A DNA stretch of 43,359 nt from a virus (taxonomy: Duplodnaviria; Heunggongvirae; Uroviricota; Caudoviricetes), in IMG/VR virus record IMGVR_UViG_2541047745_000011, positions 1 through 43,359 of that record; one strand, written 5' to 3'. Under the pieces are notes generated by a model. The model ran no database searches. It was not told where the DNA came from and was given only the letters and a program-made list of their open reading frames with translations. Positions within the stretch are counted from its first letter, which is position 1. Each line of letters begins with the position of its first letter. The position numbers and the translations under genes were made by a program. Shown piece by piece: positions 10,305 through 20,896 of this stretch.

Positions 10305-11254
10305 TGCTCCGCAATGATTTTGATGGTTGTGGCAGTAAACGCCGCACCATTCGACTGAATGGTTAACGTACTGCCATTTGTGGCAAGAAAGCCGTCTTTA
10401 TCCACGCTGAAGAACGTAGCTAACAGGATGTTATCGGTCGTTGTCGCCGAGTTGCGGCTGCTTACCAGTGTGTCAGGAACAGAGCCGGAAAAGGTTAGCT
10501 GCATTGACCTGTTGGCTGTTCCGCTGGGCCACGTCCCGACGATCGCCAGCTTGAAGAACAAGGTTTTGTTCTCGTTGAACACAACCATCTTGTTGTTAAC
10601 GGTGTCGAAGAATGGTGCCAACGTGCCGGATGACGGCGTGAGCGTTTTCAGTAGGCTAACAAGGTTGGTCGGCGCTGTTGGAATGGTTACTGATACTCCT
10701 GAGTAAACAACCTCTGATTTCTTGCGCGTGGTGGCATACTCAAGCGCAGATATTCTTGTTGAGTGATCACCAACTGTGCTTTGTAGCGTCGAAATACTTC
10801 CCTCTGCCGCTGTGAGCCTGGTATCAAGTGCGTCGATATCAGTTGTATTCTGAGTTATGCGCGCATCATGGTTTGCTAACTCAGATTCATTGGCAGCAAT
10901 TCGCGTCTCGTGATCAGCCAGCTCTGTTTCAGCAGCCGTAATCCTTGTTTCATGATCTGCAAGAGTGCTTTCCGCTGCTGCAATTCTATTTTCATGATTG
11001 ATGAGAGTTGCTTCAGCAGCTTCAATTCTGGATTCATGGTCTGCAAGGGTGACATCCTGCTCATCATTCTTCACCTGTGCATCATAAGCCCCCTTCCCTG
11101 CTTCGTTGGCCTTGTTAGCCACGTTACCAACATCAGTGCCCTGTGCGATAACGTAAAGCAGATACGACTGCGAGAAGATATTGCGTGGAAGGACTGATGT
11201 GTCGAGTCGTGTAGTCTGAATGATTACCGGCTCATTGAGATTCGAATCAGCCAT
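10301..11254 (-). CDS. Tail needle (P22 gp26-like) with C-terminal knob domain
   Basis: N-terminus [43 protein letters not shown] matches P22 gp26; central heptad repeats; extra ~100-aa C-terminal domain as in Sf6/HK620 needles. Confidence 0.9.
   Translation of the reverse strand: MADSNLNEPVIIQTTRLDTSVLPRNIFSQSYLLYVIAQGTDVGNVANKANEAGKGAYDAQVKNDEQDVTLADHESRIEAAEATLINHENRIAAAESTLADHETRITAAETELADHETRIAANESELANHDARITQNTTDIDALDTRLTAAEGSISTLQSTVGDHSTRISALEYATTRKKSEVVYSGVSVTIPTAPTNLVSLLKTLTPSSGTLAPFFDTVNNKMVVFNENKTLFFKLAIVGTWPSGTANRSMQLTFSGSVPDTLVSSRNSATTTDNILLATFFSVDKDGFLATNGSTLTIQSNGAAFTATTIKIIAEQ
10804..11044. repeat. 42-bp periodic repeats inside the tail-needle gene encoding 14-residue coiled-coil units
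   Basis: Protein repeats [14 protein letters not shown] / [14 protein letters not shown] / [14 protein letters not shown] / [14 protein letters not shown] visible in translation. Confidence 0.5.
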
Positions 11255-12672
11255 TACTCAATCCTTATCTGGCAGCCAGACAGAGTGACAGGTGACTTCG
11301 TGATAACGCGCAATTTGAAGCCGACATTTTTCCTGATTCGCCCGACACGCTTCCACAAAACGCGTTTGTCGTAAACGAACGGTTCATTCTGCTCAATCAT
11401 CTGCTCACGCCCGTAATTGATGCCGTCAGTAGTTGCAGAGAGGAACAGGCGGTCAGCATACTGCGCAACGCCAGTTGAAGATTCAACTTCAAGGTCGAAA
11501 ACTCTGGCGTTATCCGCTTTGAACAACGGAGTAAACAGCAGGTGTTCCTGTTGCTTGTCGTACTGGCTGCTGATATCGAATTGCAATTTCCCGGTCACGG
11601 ACTCCAGCTTATCGCCGCACGTTATCTGATTGCCTTCGTAAATGAAGTCGATAGCGCGGTACACATCGTCATACAGGCCTGTTTTCAGCACACACCATTG
11701 CGGACCATTGGCACTTGAAGATGCGTCGTACACGAGGACGTGACGCGGAAGATGGATAATCAGCAACTCATGCGCATCAAACCGCAACGATTCCATCACG
11801 CCATCAGCCAGTTCATCAGCAGTGTAGGAGCGTAGTATTTTCTCAATGCTCGCGCTGGCGATTGGTGATACCTGACCGGAGCCGATGATATACACAGACG
11901 GCGCACCTGTTGCCGGATTGCTGATAAACGCATAGGAATCAGCAAACGGCGTTTTGCAGTAAGTTCCGGCGATGCCTTTTTGCACCATCAGCGATGGCTG
12001 TGCGACATACAAAGCAGCACCAACGGTGGTTGCACCAGTCAGGGAAAAATACTCAATCGTCGATGAACCAAAACAGACGATGAAGTCTCGCCATGTTCCG
12101 ATGCCGATGATGCCGTCAGGCTGAGACTCAGCACGATATTGTGCGCTGTAACGGTCAGGATGTGATTCGTCTTCAAGGTCAGTGATGAACCATGAATCAG
12201 TACCATCTTTTGACCACGCATAACGCCCACGTAAGCGAGTAATGTCGCGAACTGAACCTAACTCATACTGCGTGAATCCACTGTCTGTAGGCCAGTTTGA
12301 GACGGTTTTAACCGTGCCATCATAACGATACTCGACCAGTTGACCATTAACGCCTACAGCCTGTGATGTTCGACCATGCGCCATTGATACGCGACCACTT
12401 CCGGCGACGTCACCGACTTCACTTTCTCCTTTGTAGAGCTTCCCACCACACACACGATAAACAGCATTCTGCGCCATGTTGTACTCGACGCCGCGCGATA
12501 CACCGTTCACATCAGAGCGTTTGGCAATGCCCGGGAATGAGCGAAGATATCCGCTGCTGTTCAGGATTTCTTTGGGTGTAGCCAGCATATTCACTGGCAG
12601 ATAGTCGATATAGTCGGCATTTCGGAAGTCTTTGCCGACACCTTTCATGAGCGGAAGTTGCTGAATCGGCAT
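11254..12672 (-). CDS. Tail accessory / tail hub protein, P22 gp10-like
   Basis: 472 aa, same length as P22 gp10; positioned between gp4 and gp26. Confidence 0.75.
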   Translation of the reverse strand: MPIQQLPLMKGVGKDFRNADYIDYLPVNMLATPKEILNSSGYLRSFPGIAKRSDVNGVSRGVEYNMAQNAVYRVCGGKLYKGESEVGDVAGSGRVSMAHGRTSQAVGVNGQLVEYRYDGTVKTVSNWPTDSGFTQYELGSVRDITRLRGRYAWSKDGTDSWFITDLEDESHPDRYSAQYRAESQPDGIIGIGTWRDFIVCFGSSTIEYFSLTGATTVGAALYVAQPSLMVQKGIAGTYCKTPFADSYAFISNPATGAPSVYIIGSGQVSPIASASIEKILRSYTADELADGVMESLRFDAHELLIIHLPRHVLVYDASSSANGPQWCVLKTGLYDDVYRAIDFIYEGNQITCGDKLESVTGKLQFDISSQYDKQQEHLLFTPLFKADNARVFDLEVESSTGVAQYADRLFLSATTDGINYGREQMIEQNEPFVYDKRVLWKRVGRIRKNVGFKLRVITKSPVTLSGCQIRIE

Positions 12673-12681
12673 TTATTCACC

Positions 12682-13143
12682 TCACGTACTCGGATCATCT
12701 TTCTCGATGTAAAACCGATTCCACGTAAACGCGCTTTTGTTACCACTACCGCGAGGCATGTCATTTCGCCGCTCAAGTGGTGGTATTTTGGTTAAAGCGA
12801 TGCAGATTGTCTGATATGCACTGTCAGCAGCGGCAAGGAGAGCGTCTGACGGCTGAATGACGTTATCCATGCACACTTGCACAGCGAGCTTCAAAGCGAC
12901 GCCATCATTTGCCCATGCAGGGATACCTGAATCATCGTCAGGTAACGGCATGATGCCGTTTTCTGTATCCGCAAACTGATATCCAAGCTCGATACCTTTC
13001 GCCTGCCATGCTGCCATCATGTCTTCGAGGTCATTAATGGCATCTTCAATTGCCTGAGGGTCGGCATCTGTCAACGTGGCATTGGAATACAGCCCGGCTT
13101 TTCGTAAAGCCTTAAGAACGAGATCACCCTTCGTTTTCGCCAT
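12682..13143 (-). CDS. Tail accessory protein, P22 gp4-like
   Basis: MAKTKGDLVLKALRKAGLYSNATLTDADPQAIEDAINDLEDMMAAW resembles the P22 gp4 N-terminus. Confidence 0.8.
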   Translation of the reverse strand: MAKTKGDLVLKALRKAGLYSNATLTDADPQAIEDAINDLEDMMAAWQAKGIELGYQFADTENGIMPLPDDDSGIPAWANDGVALKLAVQVCMDNVIQPSDALLAAADSAYQTICIALTKIPPLERRNDMPRGSGNKSAFTWNRFYIEKDDPST

Positions 13144-13351
13144 CTTCTTCCGCCTTAGCCACTTTTTGCTTCGTTGCGGTTTCTTCAGGAGTTTTTACCC
13201 AGCCTTTTTTCAGGTGAGATTTAACTTCTTCGTCATCAACAATGATGTAATCGACAGCAAACTGACCACAGGTGATCATGTTGCCCGGCTTATAGAGCAT
13301 TGTTCGTGCCATTGTCTTCTCCCAATAAAAATGGGGCCGAAGCCCCACCAA
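13124..13351 (-). CDS. Small hypothetical protein between coat and gp4 genes
   Basis: 75-aa ORF (may start at internal Met); acidic C-terminus; no recognisable family. Confidence 0.3.
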   Translation of the reverse strand: MVGLRPHFYWEKTMARTMLYKPGNMITCGQFAVDYIIVDDEEVKSHLKKGWVKTPEETATKQKVAKAEEDGENEG

Positions 13352-13353
13352 AA

Positions 13354-14607
13354 TTACTGCCCGGCAATAACGATGCCCGTATATTCAGGAACAAGTACAG
13401 AGCAACCGTACAGGGTGGTGAAACGCGCAGTGGTTACACCTTTGATGTGGTCGAAGGCGTAAGACATGATCAGCGTAGCGCCCTGCTCGGTGGTTGCTGT
13501 CATTACTTGTGGACCCTGACCAGTTGGGAACGCCAGCTTGCCGTACATCAGTTCAACAGAACCATCAGCCCAGAACAGGTTAGCCGGTGCGGCATTTTTG
13601 TTGAGAATGGTGATTGCTGCGCTACTTGCCGCATTAGCATCAACGTTTGCATATGGTCGGCTGGCGACATCCGCGTTGTCAGGCGGCAGAATTTTCGGGG
13701 AGATAGTTACTGTCGTTCCGCTTACTGCCAGAACGCGGAATACCTGCGGCTGCCCTGTGGTATCTTTGGTGATCTGGTGTACAGAATTCACCCCTGCGAT
13801 GGTAAACGCATCGCCAACCTGCAAACCTTCAGCAGATACCGTAATGGTCCCCTGCCGGTTATCCACTGGCATATCGTTAGCATCTTTCGCTTCAACCTTG
13901 TGCGCAGGTGCTGCTGCCAGCGTAATGGAAGTTGCTGTACCCTTCGGAACACGACCAGAAATATCGGTCTTGTAGCTATCGAAGGACGCAACCGGAGGGA
14001 TTTGCGCTTTTTCGTATGCTGTCAGGGTTGCGCCCTGAGCATAGGCACGGTGACCAAGCTCGCCAGCAAGGTCTTTGTAGTTGAAGGGGTTCCAGAAAGA
14101 GCGACGGTTGATACCCTGAGGTACACCAATCGCCGTCATGGTGGCATCAATACCTGCCGCACAGTTCCACAAATCACGGCCCTGTGAACCTGTGGTTGAG
14201 TCAGCCATCTTGATCACGTTAGTAGCACGCTGCGTAACCATGGAAATCAGGTCAGAGTCAATCTGTGCAGCAAGGCGCATACCTGCGGCGCGACCAGCTT
14301 CAGTTTTATGTTCCGGGTCACGCATTTCACGCGCATCCAGAGTGTACAGAATGTTTTTCGGCTCCTTGAACACAGAAGGAACAAGGCGCTGAACCAGTGC
14401 TGTTGGCGTTTTGCCGCTGAGGTCTAGGCCTTCCTCAATGTTCATGTGGTAATGCTGCGGACGATACAGAACATCACCTGCTCGCTGCATTGCTGTATCA
14501 CCAGGACGGAATTTTTTAGCGTTACGGGAAACTACACAGGCGGCCTCAAAGCCTTCAACGTAGTTTTCGAACATGATTTCAAGGTCTTTTGCTAATTGGT
14601 TAGCCAT
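13354..14607 (-). CDS. Major coat protein (P22 gp5-like)
   Basis: 417 aa; immediately downstream of scaffold gene; size and position match P22/Sf6 coat. Confidence 0.75.
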   Translation of the reverse strand: MANQLAKDLEIMFENYVEGFEAACVVSRNAKKFRPGDTAMQRAGDVLYRPQHYHMNIEEGLDLSGKTPTALVQRLVPSVFKEPKNILYTLDAREMRDPEHKTEAGRAAGMRLAAQIDSDLISMVTQRATNVIKMADSTTGSQGRDLWNCAAGIDATMTAIGVPQGINRRSFWNPFNYKDLAGELGHRAYAQGATLTAYEKAQIPPVASFDSYKTDISGRVPKGTATSITLAAAPAHKVEAKDANDMPVDNRQGTITVSAEGLQVGDAFTIAGVNSVHQITKDTTGQPQVFRVLAVSGTTVTISPKILPPDNADVASRPYANVDANAASSAAITILNKNAAPANLFWADGSVELMYGKLAFPTGQGPQVMTATTEQGATLIMSYAFDHIKGVTTARFTTLYGCSVLVPEYTGIVIAGQ

Positions 14608-14625
14608 GCTTAATGCTCCGATAGG

Positions 14626-15519
14626 TTATTTTTTTGCCTTTTTAGCGGCGAAATACGGCGTCCAGTCACCAGTTTCCAGCGCCTTGGCTTTCAGTTTGTC
14701 GAGGTTATTGATTACTGCGCCGCTGCTCCCCTTAACTGTCGGGGTTGTGGCTGCCGTGTTTTTTGCTTTTGGCATGATTTTGGCCTTCGATTCGATACGT
14801 TCCAGCAGACGACCAATTGCTACGGGGTTGGTAGCTTCTGCCAGTTGCTTGCGCAGTTCAGCGTTGCGACCGAGTGCCAGAACAACGATTTCCGGCTTCT
14901 CTGACTCAAACAGGATCGCGTTTTGTGTCTCGATGGGGATTTCCTCGAGTACGGCCTGTTCTGCTTCCTGATAGCCAGGAACCTTGAGAGCCTTAACACG
15001 TTGCTGATATTTGGATAATCGCTCTTGATAAGCAGCCTGAAGCTCCTGCTCCTTCTGCTTGCGAGCCATCTCCTGTTGCTGGTACTTTCCGTTATCCTCT
15101 GCCCACTTAGCCATGCGTTGCTGGTAGATTTCTTCATCGAAACCGATGTCCTCATCGTCCAGTTTTGGCATTCGCGGTGGTTGAGTGATTACCGACTGCT
15201 GCTCGACGGGTTTCTGAGACTGACGCATCAGTTCTTTCAGTTCGCGGTCTTTCTCTTTAATCGTCTTGCGCAGGTGTTTTACCAGTCCATGCTCTGCGCT
15301 ATCTTCGCTGGTTGGCGAATCCAGCTTTTCGTCACCAAAGTAGAATTCCTGTTCTGATTCGTCGTCATCAGTTTCAGTAGCTTCCTCTGCATCATTGCCG
15401 GAGGACTCACTGCCATCTTCTGTTTCAACTTCTTCAGCCAGTTCGACATCATCAGGAATCTGCTCTGACGCGTCGTTTTCGATTTCAACTTCTGGTGTGT
15501 TTTCTGCCATCTGGTCCAT
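14626..15519 (-). CDS. Scaffolding protein (P22 gp8-like)
   Basis: 297 aa, highly acidic N-terminal region, basic C-terminal tail ending GDWTPYFAAKKAKK; between portal and coat. Confidence 0.8.
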   Translation of the reverse strand: MDQMAENTPEVEIENDASEQIPDDVELAEEVETEDGSESSGNDAEEATETDDDESEQEFYFGDEKLDSPTSEDSAEHGLVKHLRKTIKEKDRELKELMRQSQKPVEQQSVITQPPRMPKLDDEDIGFDEEIYQQRMAKWAEDNGKYQQQEMARKQKEQELQAAYQERLSKYQQRVKALKVPGYQEAEQAVLEEIPIETQNAILFESEKPEIVVLALGRNAELRKQLAEATNPVAIGRLLERIESKAKIMPKAKNTAATTPTVKGSSGAVINNLDKLKAKALETGDWTPYFAAKKAKK

Positions 15520-15609
15520 TTGTTACCCCTGTTTACTCGATGTTCAGCCCATCGGAAGGCAATAGGGTGCCAGGCCTCATAAAGACAGCCATTGCACGTT
15601 ATGGGTTAA

Positions 15610-17808
15610 TTACTGCTGTGGTTGTTGCTGAGTTGATTTTTGCAGGATGCTGCTGATGTCCATGCGCTGCGCATGGCCCTGTGCCTGACTTTTCAGGACA
15701 AGCTCTGCATCAGCACGGGCATTGTCTCCTTGCTGTTGCTGGAACTGTCCGAGCAGTTTCAGAGCCTCGCGGATATCAGATTTCTGCTGGCTATCGGCAG
15801 ATGCGAGGATTTTCACAACATTTGCCGCTGCAACCTGAGCATCAGTCTGTGCCTGGAATGCTTTAACCTGAATGGCTGCCTGTTCGTTCTGCGCTTTCTG
15901 CAATTCAGCCTGACCAGCAAGAAGCTGACCTTGCGCAGCAACCATAGCCGGATCTGGCTGACTGGCCTGTTGTTGTTTCGCCTGCTCAACCATCTGCTGT
16001 TCTTCTGGGGTTCTCGGCTTGATAACTCCAGACAGAAGCAACTGATTGCGGTTGTATTCTTTAAGGTCGTCCATCCCTTCGCCGTCCATATTGTCGAGAA
16101 TCATCGACGATACAAGGTCGTGCTTCGGCGTTCCTGGTGGGATAAGTGCCAGCATGGAAAGTAACGACTTAACCGTTGCATCACGGCGAGTAGCGAACGA
16201 CTGACCAACATCGACAGTCACTTCATAGTTGCCCTGCGAAAGGTCATTAAGCGCGATAACCTGCCCTGTCTGACGGTCAACAACTTCACCAGTCATCAGC
16301 GCCACATCATCGCTGCCGTCCTCATTAACGATACGCATCGGCGTATCACTGCCATAGACCTCACGCGCCATAGAAAGCCACACGACGCCAGCGCGGCGCA
16401 TGGATTTAGCCATGTTGTCCATGTAGATATAGGACTGCGTATCCATCCGGTTAAAGATGCTATCAACGGTATCGGTAGCAACGTTGCTCGGCATGTTCTC
16501 AAGCTGCGAAGCCCCGGTAATTTGCTGAATAGCCGTTCCGGTGTACTGCAATAACCCGGCAAGAGCAGGAGGCATTTGTGTCGGAGGTGTATAACTACTT
16601 ACCTGAGCCTGCGCAGTAATATCTCCGTTTTTGTTTTTCAGACTGACCATCGGCAGGAACGCCGGGCGCTTTTTGTTGCGCTCCGCCCAATGAGTGGCGA
16701 GAGGACCAGGAATCATGTCAACATCAACTACAGGAATGCCATCACCGCCAGCCTGAGTAGCGTTATCTGCAATCATGGAAACCATCAGGTTCTCAAGACG
16801 CTGTGCATCCATCGCTTTTGCTGCGTGGCCTTCGATTCGCTCCTGATTATCAACAAATGAGCGACGCCCATATACCGGGATGAGTGGAATATGTTCGCCC
16901 GGAATACGCTTCGGTTCTTCCAGCCATTCAGCGCCAGACAGAAGACCGCAATAAACGCGGCGTTTCTTCACTGTCCGCTCACCGATCAGTTCGAATGAAC
17001 CATCGGTTAGCTCGTCGACAATATCTTTGATTTGATCTTCATCATAGATTGCCGTTTCTCCGCTAACAGGGTTGCGCCATGCTGAGAGCTTCACCTTCTC
17101 TATGCGAACTTCGTAGTAGCGACCAACATAGATAGCATCAGGAGTTGACCAGTCATATTGAGTGCCAGTGTCATCACGAGAAAGGCCTGCCGCGATGGAA
17201 TCAGGGTATTCAGCCTCGAACGCTTTAGGTGTCATGGAGAACATTTCCAAAGCCCACATAGCATCAGAGCGGTCATATTGCTTGCTGTCCTGATCGAAGA
17301 AGACGCATGTCGCTGGGTCGTAAACCGGGATAAGGCTTATACGGCGCTGTTCGTTACTCGGATCCATTTCATCTTCGTAATCGGCACACATGCGGAAACA
17401 ACCGAATCCGCCAGTTACGGCATCATCAAATGCGTTATCACACGCTTCGCCACCGGATGTTTCCTGATAGTCAGCGCGGAATTTGCCGTTCATCTTTTCG
17501 GCTAACGCTTCCGATGCCTTGTCATCCTTCGGCCTGAATTTAACGCTGATGCGATTCTGTCGATACTCGCCAATGATGCGATCACATTCACGGGCAATCT
17601 TATTCAGCTCAAAGCGCGGGTAATGCTCAAACCTGCCTTCATCAAATGAGTAACCAGCGTTTGTGCTGCCTTCCCACTGTGCGCCGGACACCCGGACGAA
17701 ACGTTGAGCTTCAATAATCTGCTCACGCATATCCTGCGTTGCTGACCAGGCATTATCAAAGTTGCACAGCACCTTGCGATGCCAGTCAGTCATCTTTTTT
17801 TCTGCCAT
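15610..17808 (-). CDS. Portal protein (P22 gp1-like)
   Basis: 732 aa; Gln-rich C-terminal barrel segment (QAKQQQ...QKAQNEQAAIQ...) resembles the P22 portal C-terminus. Confidence 0.9.
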   Translation of the reverse strand: MAEKKMTDWHRKVLCNFDNAWSATQDMREQIIEAQRFVRVSGAQWEGSTNAGYSFDEGRFEHYPRFELNKIARECDRIIGEYRQNRISVKFRPKDDKASEALAEKMNGKFRADYQETSGGEACDNAFDDAVTGGFGCFRMCADYEDEMDPSNEQRRISLIPVYDPATCVFFDQDSKQYDRSDAMWALEMFSMTPKAFEAEYPDSIAAGLSRDDTGTQYDWSTPDAIYVGRYYEVRIEKVKLSAWRNPVSGETAIYDEDQIKDIVDELTDGSFELIGERTVKKRRVYCGLLSGAEWLEEPKRIPGEHIPLIPVYGRRSFVDNQERIEGHAAKAMDAQRLENLMVSMIADNATQAGGDGIPVVDVDMIPGPLATHWAERNKKRPAFLPMVSLKNKNGDITAQAQVSSYTPPTQMPPALAGLLQYTGTAIQQITGASQLENMPSNVATDTVDSIFNRMDTQSYIYMDNMAKSMRRAGVVWLSMAREVYGSDTPMRIVNEDGSDDVALMTGEVVDRQTGQVIALNDLSQGNYEVTVDVGQSFATRRDATVKSLLSMLALIPPGTPKHDLVSSMILDNMDGEGMDDLKEYNRNQLLLSGVIKPRTPEEQQMVEQAKQQQASQPDPAMVAAQGQLLAGQAELQKAQNEQAAIQVKAFQAQTDAQVAAANVVKILASADSQQKSDIREALKLLGQFQQQQGDNARADAELVLKSQAQGHAQRMDISSILQKSTQQQPQQ

Positions 17809-17809
17809 A

Positions 17810-19225
17810 TCAACCTACACCACAAGGAATTGAGTAACTGGAATAGTCGGGTTGCGCAGCCGACTCCGGGCAATGCATACACATCATCAACGCATCAGCC
17901 AGGTTAGGAGATGGAATACCGAGCTTCTGCTTCATTTCGACCTTAGTCATAAGCTCCAGCTTCCCGTTGTTATTGAATTTGCGCTGAATCTGCGTCAGTT
18001 CTGCAAACAGCTTCTCCAGCATCTTCTCGCCTATCGCTTCTTTGTCGAAACTCAGCATGTCGTCGGGGTCTGCATACTCACCGTAGACAACCGCCCGATA
18101 TGTCAGATACAGCCTGTCAGCCAGCGCGTAATAGAATTGCGCTCGCTTATTGCGGAACACATCACCAATAGTGCGAACGTTGTCTCCCTGTACGACTTCA
18201 TCAGCCCATGCTCCGGCCTGATATGGTGCATCTTCATCAAATGGCGATTCGCTGCCCTTGAACATCGTGGCGGTTATTTTCTTGCCGGAGAACGCTTCCG
18301 TTGTCTGTCTGCGTAGCCCGGCACCAACACCATCACCATCCCACAGGTAGTGGTCAGCGCCGTCTTCAATCGCCAGAGAAGTAGCCCAGTCAGCGCCCTC
18401 GTTGATGTCCATCAGCAGACCTTCGGCAATGCGCTTAACTACCGAACCGTGACGCGATGCATAACCTTTAGCATCCGGCCCTGTATCTGATGGGTCATGT
18501 GCAGAGACAACAGCGCCTTTCGCTTTCCATCCGAGTTTCTTGTGCGCATCGGTTGCGGCTTCAAGCCATTCACGTTTGATGATTGCCATATCACTTGCGC
18601 TTACTGGCTCACCAAGCCAGATGTGACGATACAGTGTCGGATTTCTGCGTTTACACTCTTCCATCTCCAGACGGAGAACTTCAGGAAAGTGCAGGTTGTC
18701 GGTGTAGTTCACCGTCAGCAGACAAATATCATCAGGAGGATTTACGACGAATCGCTGATAGGTATCGTCGAGGATGTTCTTCGGGTTGAAGCTCACCCAT
18801 ATTTCGGAAAATGGCTTACGGATGGTTGGTATCAGGATATCCCATGATTCCTTTGTTACCGCTTCCGCTTCTTCCACCCAGCAGATATCAATGCCTTCGA
18901 GCGATTTAATCTTCGTCGGGTTGTTTTTGATGCCGTAGAACATGAACTCAGCATTCGTTCCGAGATGACGAATCATTGAACGCTGAATTTCAAACTCAGC
19001 CGAATACCCTTCACGCTCGATGGTATCTTCAAGCAACCGGATTACCGAATCGCTGATACTGTTTTGCAGTTCACGAGCGCAGAGAATACGCACAGGTTGC
19101 CGACGCGCCGCCTCAATAAGCAGCCTCGCAATTGCCCATGACTTACCGCTACCTCGACCGCCTTTGGCGACTTTGTAGCGATGCGCCTCAATGAACGGTT
19201 CAAAGATAGGATTAATCGAGGTCAT
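17810..19225 (-). CDS. Terminase large subunit
   Basis: 471 aa; Walker A-like GGRGSGKS near N-terminus; directly downstream of the small subunit. Confidence 0.9.
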   Translation of the reverse strand: MTSINPIFEPFIEAHRYKVAKGGRGSGKSWAIARLLIEAARRQPVRILCARELQNSISDSVIRLLEDTIEREGYSAEFEIQRSMIRHLGTNAEFMFYGIKNNPTKIKSLEGIDICWVEEAEAVTKESWDILIPTIRKPFSEIWVSFNPKNILDDTYQRFVVNPPDDICLLTVNYTDNLHFPEVLRLEMEECKRRNPTLYRHIWLGEPVSASDMAIIKREWLEAATDAHKKLGWKAKGAVVSAHDPSDTGPDAKGYASRHGSVVKRIAEGLLMDINEGADWATSLAIEDGADHYLWDGDGVGAGLRRQTTEAFSGKKITATMFKGSESPFDEDAPYQAGAWADEVVQGDNVRTIGDVFRNKRAQFYYALADRLYLTYRAVVYGEYADPDDMLSFDKEAIGEKMLEKLFAELTQIQRKFNNNGKLELMTKVEMKQKLGIPSPNLADALMMCMHCPESAAQPDYSSYSIPCGVG

Positions 19226-19662
19226 TTTCCGAACAGAGTGCTCATCGGTGATGTTTCAATCTGGATTGCGCCGCCGTCTTTGCCTGTTAGCTCGTGATCA
19301 ACCTTGTCGCGCCATTTATCCTTCTGTCTGTTCTTAAGCCAGAAGATGGCGGCGGTTGTATCAGGCGGGTAATACTTCTCAAGCGGAGTTTCGACAATTC
19401 TGTTTTCAATAACACGAATATCGATGTCTGGAGCCACGAAGCCCATAGCGCGTTGATAAAGACGATCACTAACTTCTGCATCAGCGACGGCCTTACCCTT
19501 TTTTATGGACTCCGAAAACTCAGGATAATCAAGCTTCCACTTGTTAATAGTTGACTCACTGACTTCGAAGAAATCAGCAAGCTCTGCATCGGTGTAGCCC
19601 AGCAAGCACAGTTTGCGTGCCTGTTCGGCGTACGCCTCTTGATACTTTGTTGGGCGCGCCAT
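19222..19662 (-). CDS. Terminase small subunit (Sf6 gp1-like)
   Basis: 146 aa; C-terminus GKDGGAIQIETSPMSTLFGK matches Sf6 small terminase; overlaps TerL start. Confidence 0.8.
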   Translation of the reverse strand: MARPTKYQEAYAEQARKLCLLGYTDAELADFFEVSESTINKWKLDYPEFSESIKKGKAVADAEVSDRLYQRAMGFVAPDIDIRVIENRIVETPLEKYYPPDTTAAIFWLKNRQKDKWRDKVDHELTGKDGGAIQIETSPMSTLFGK

Positions 19663-19664
19663 GT

Positions 19665-19907
19665 TTATGCTCCGGTAGTGAACAGGTCTAACGCTTCCTT
19701 CGATTTACGCACCGCTTCGATAGTGCGGGTCGTGATATCTGAATTAGCGCCGCCTGACTGGAAGTGAATTTTGAATAGCTCAAGCTTCAGCTCGTCAGTG
19801 CCAATGAACTGAAATGCTTCTTCTGCGGCTGCGTTCTGGTTCATGACCAGTTTGTAAATCTCTAACTGGAATTTCTGTTCTTCAGTCATGGGAATAATCT
19901 CTGCCAT
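19665..19907 (-). CDS. Hypothetical protein upstream of terminase genes
   Basis: 80-aa ORF coupled to TerS; no recognisable family. Confidence 0.4.
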   Translation of the reverse strand: MAEIIPMTEEQKFQLEIYKLVMNQNAAAEEAFQFIGTDELKLELFKIHFQSGGANSDITTRTIEAVRKSKEALDLFTTGA

Positions 19908-20163
19908 TATTGGCTCCGTTTATCCGTTAAAAGGGATATCAGTTAAGTTATCCCGTGCAGGGTATAAGCCATTGTCGAGACCACTCATTGAATGGTCTCT
20001 GCAATAACCGATATCTTTCCATCAGTCCGCCACCACAAAGAATCTTTTTTGCCATAAGGCTGGAGGTTCATCTTTCAGTGGCTGCCAGTGTTATTTCCCC
20101 ACTTTCTGGCTTGGGTTGTTTCGTGGTACTGCCGTAATGCAAAAACTGGATTAACCTGCGAAA

Positions 20164-20694
20164 TCACACCATTCCGGGCAAATACATTTGCACTTCATTT
20201 GCCGCTCTCTCACGTGCAACATGAAGCAATCTTTTTCGCCCACCAACGCCCCACTTAGCCATTTGGCTTGCGCACTGGCTTATCGCTTTGGTTTCAGTAT
20301 TGATGATGTGATCGATTCTATTCAGACGGGACATTGCGCCAACGCCGAGACGGACAACCGTTTTGAAAACTTCATAAACTTCGATTTCAAATTCCGGCTT
20401 AATCCATGCTGCATATCTGATTGCCAGAAGTTCAACACCCCACACACCTGGTTCTGCACCACCTTTGATTATTTTAAGTGGCTGAATTTGTTCCAAAGTG
20501 CTTTTTTGCACTTTGGCCTCCAGTGCTTTTATGAAGCGTTTTATCTGCGCGCTACGCAAAAACTGGCTTGGGCGCTGTTGCTCTGTAGCCTCTCCATTTG
20601 CAACTGCTGCTGCATGGAGATCGTTTAAGTTGTAGCGTCCATCCTCATCAACACGAACGGACACACCATTGACAATAACTGTTGGGTACTTCAT
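20164..20694 (-). CDS. KilA-N domain protein
   Basis: N-terminal pattern VIVNGVSVRVDEDGRYNLNDLH ... GVWGVELLAIRYAAWIKPEFEIEVYEVF resembles the KilA-N fold. Confidence 0.55.
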   Translation of the reverse strand: MKYPTVIVNGVSVRVDEDGRYNLNDLHAAAVANGEATEQQRPSQFLRSAQIKRFIKALEAKVQKSTLEQIQPLKIIKGGAEPGVWGVELLAIRYAAWIKPEFEIEVYEVFKTVVRLGVGAMSRLNRIDHIINTETKAISQCASQMAKWGVGGRKRLLHVARERAANEVQMYLPGMV

Positions 20695-20841
20695 CAGTAA
20701 TTACCTTTTAGTGATGAACCTTGTCACACAGGATTCCGGCCCACAGAAAGGTACCGATCACCAAACCGGCATCCTCAAGGGTCATCCTGAAAGGTTCTGT
20801 GTTCATAAGTCGCGCGTGTGAAGCGCGTTTACTGCGGACAT

Positions 20842-20864
20842 AAAAAAGCCCCGCATCGCGAGGC
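20842..20864 (-). terminator. Rho-independent terminator downstream of Rz
   Basis: Minus-strand RNA GCCUCGC-GAU-GCGGGGC followed by UUUUUU. Confidence 0.5.
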
Positions 20865-20896
20865 TCATTAAATGGACTTTGTGATTTGCAAAAAAA

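Noticed and set aside
13300-14187. 295-codon plus-strand ORF
   Set aside because: Lies entirely antisense within the coat protein gene; shadow ORF of a highly expressed structural gene.
15640-16164. 174-codon plus-strand ORF
   Set aside because: Antisense within the portal gene; no independent support.
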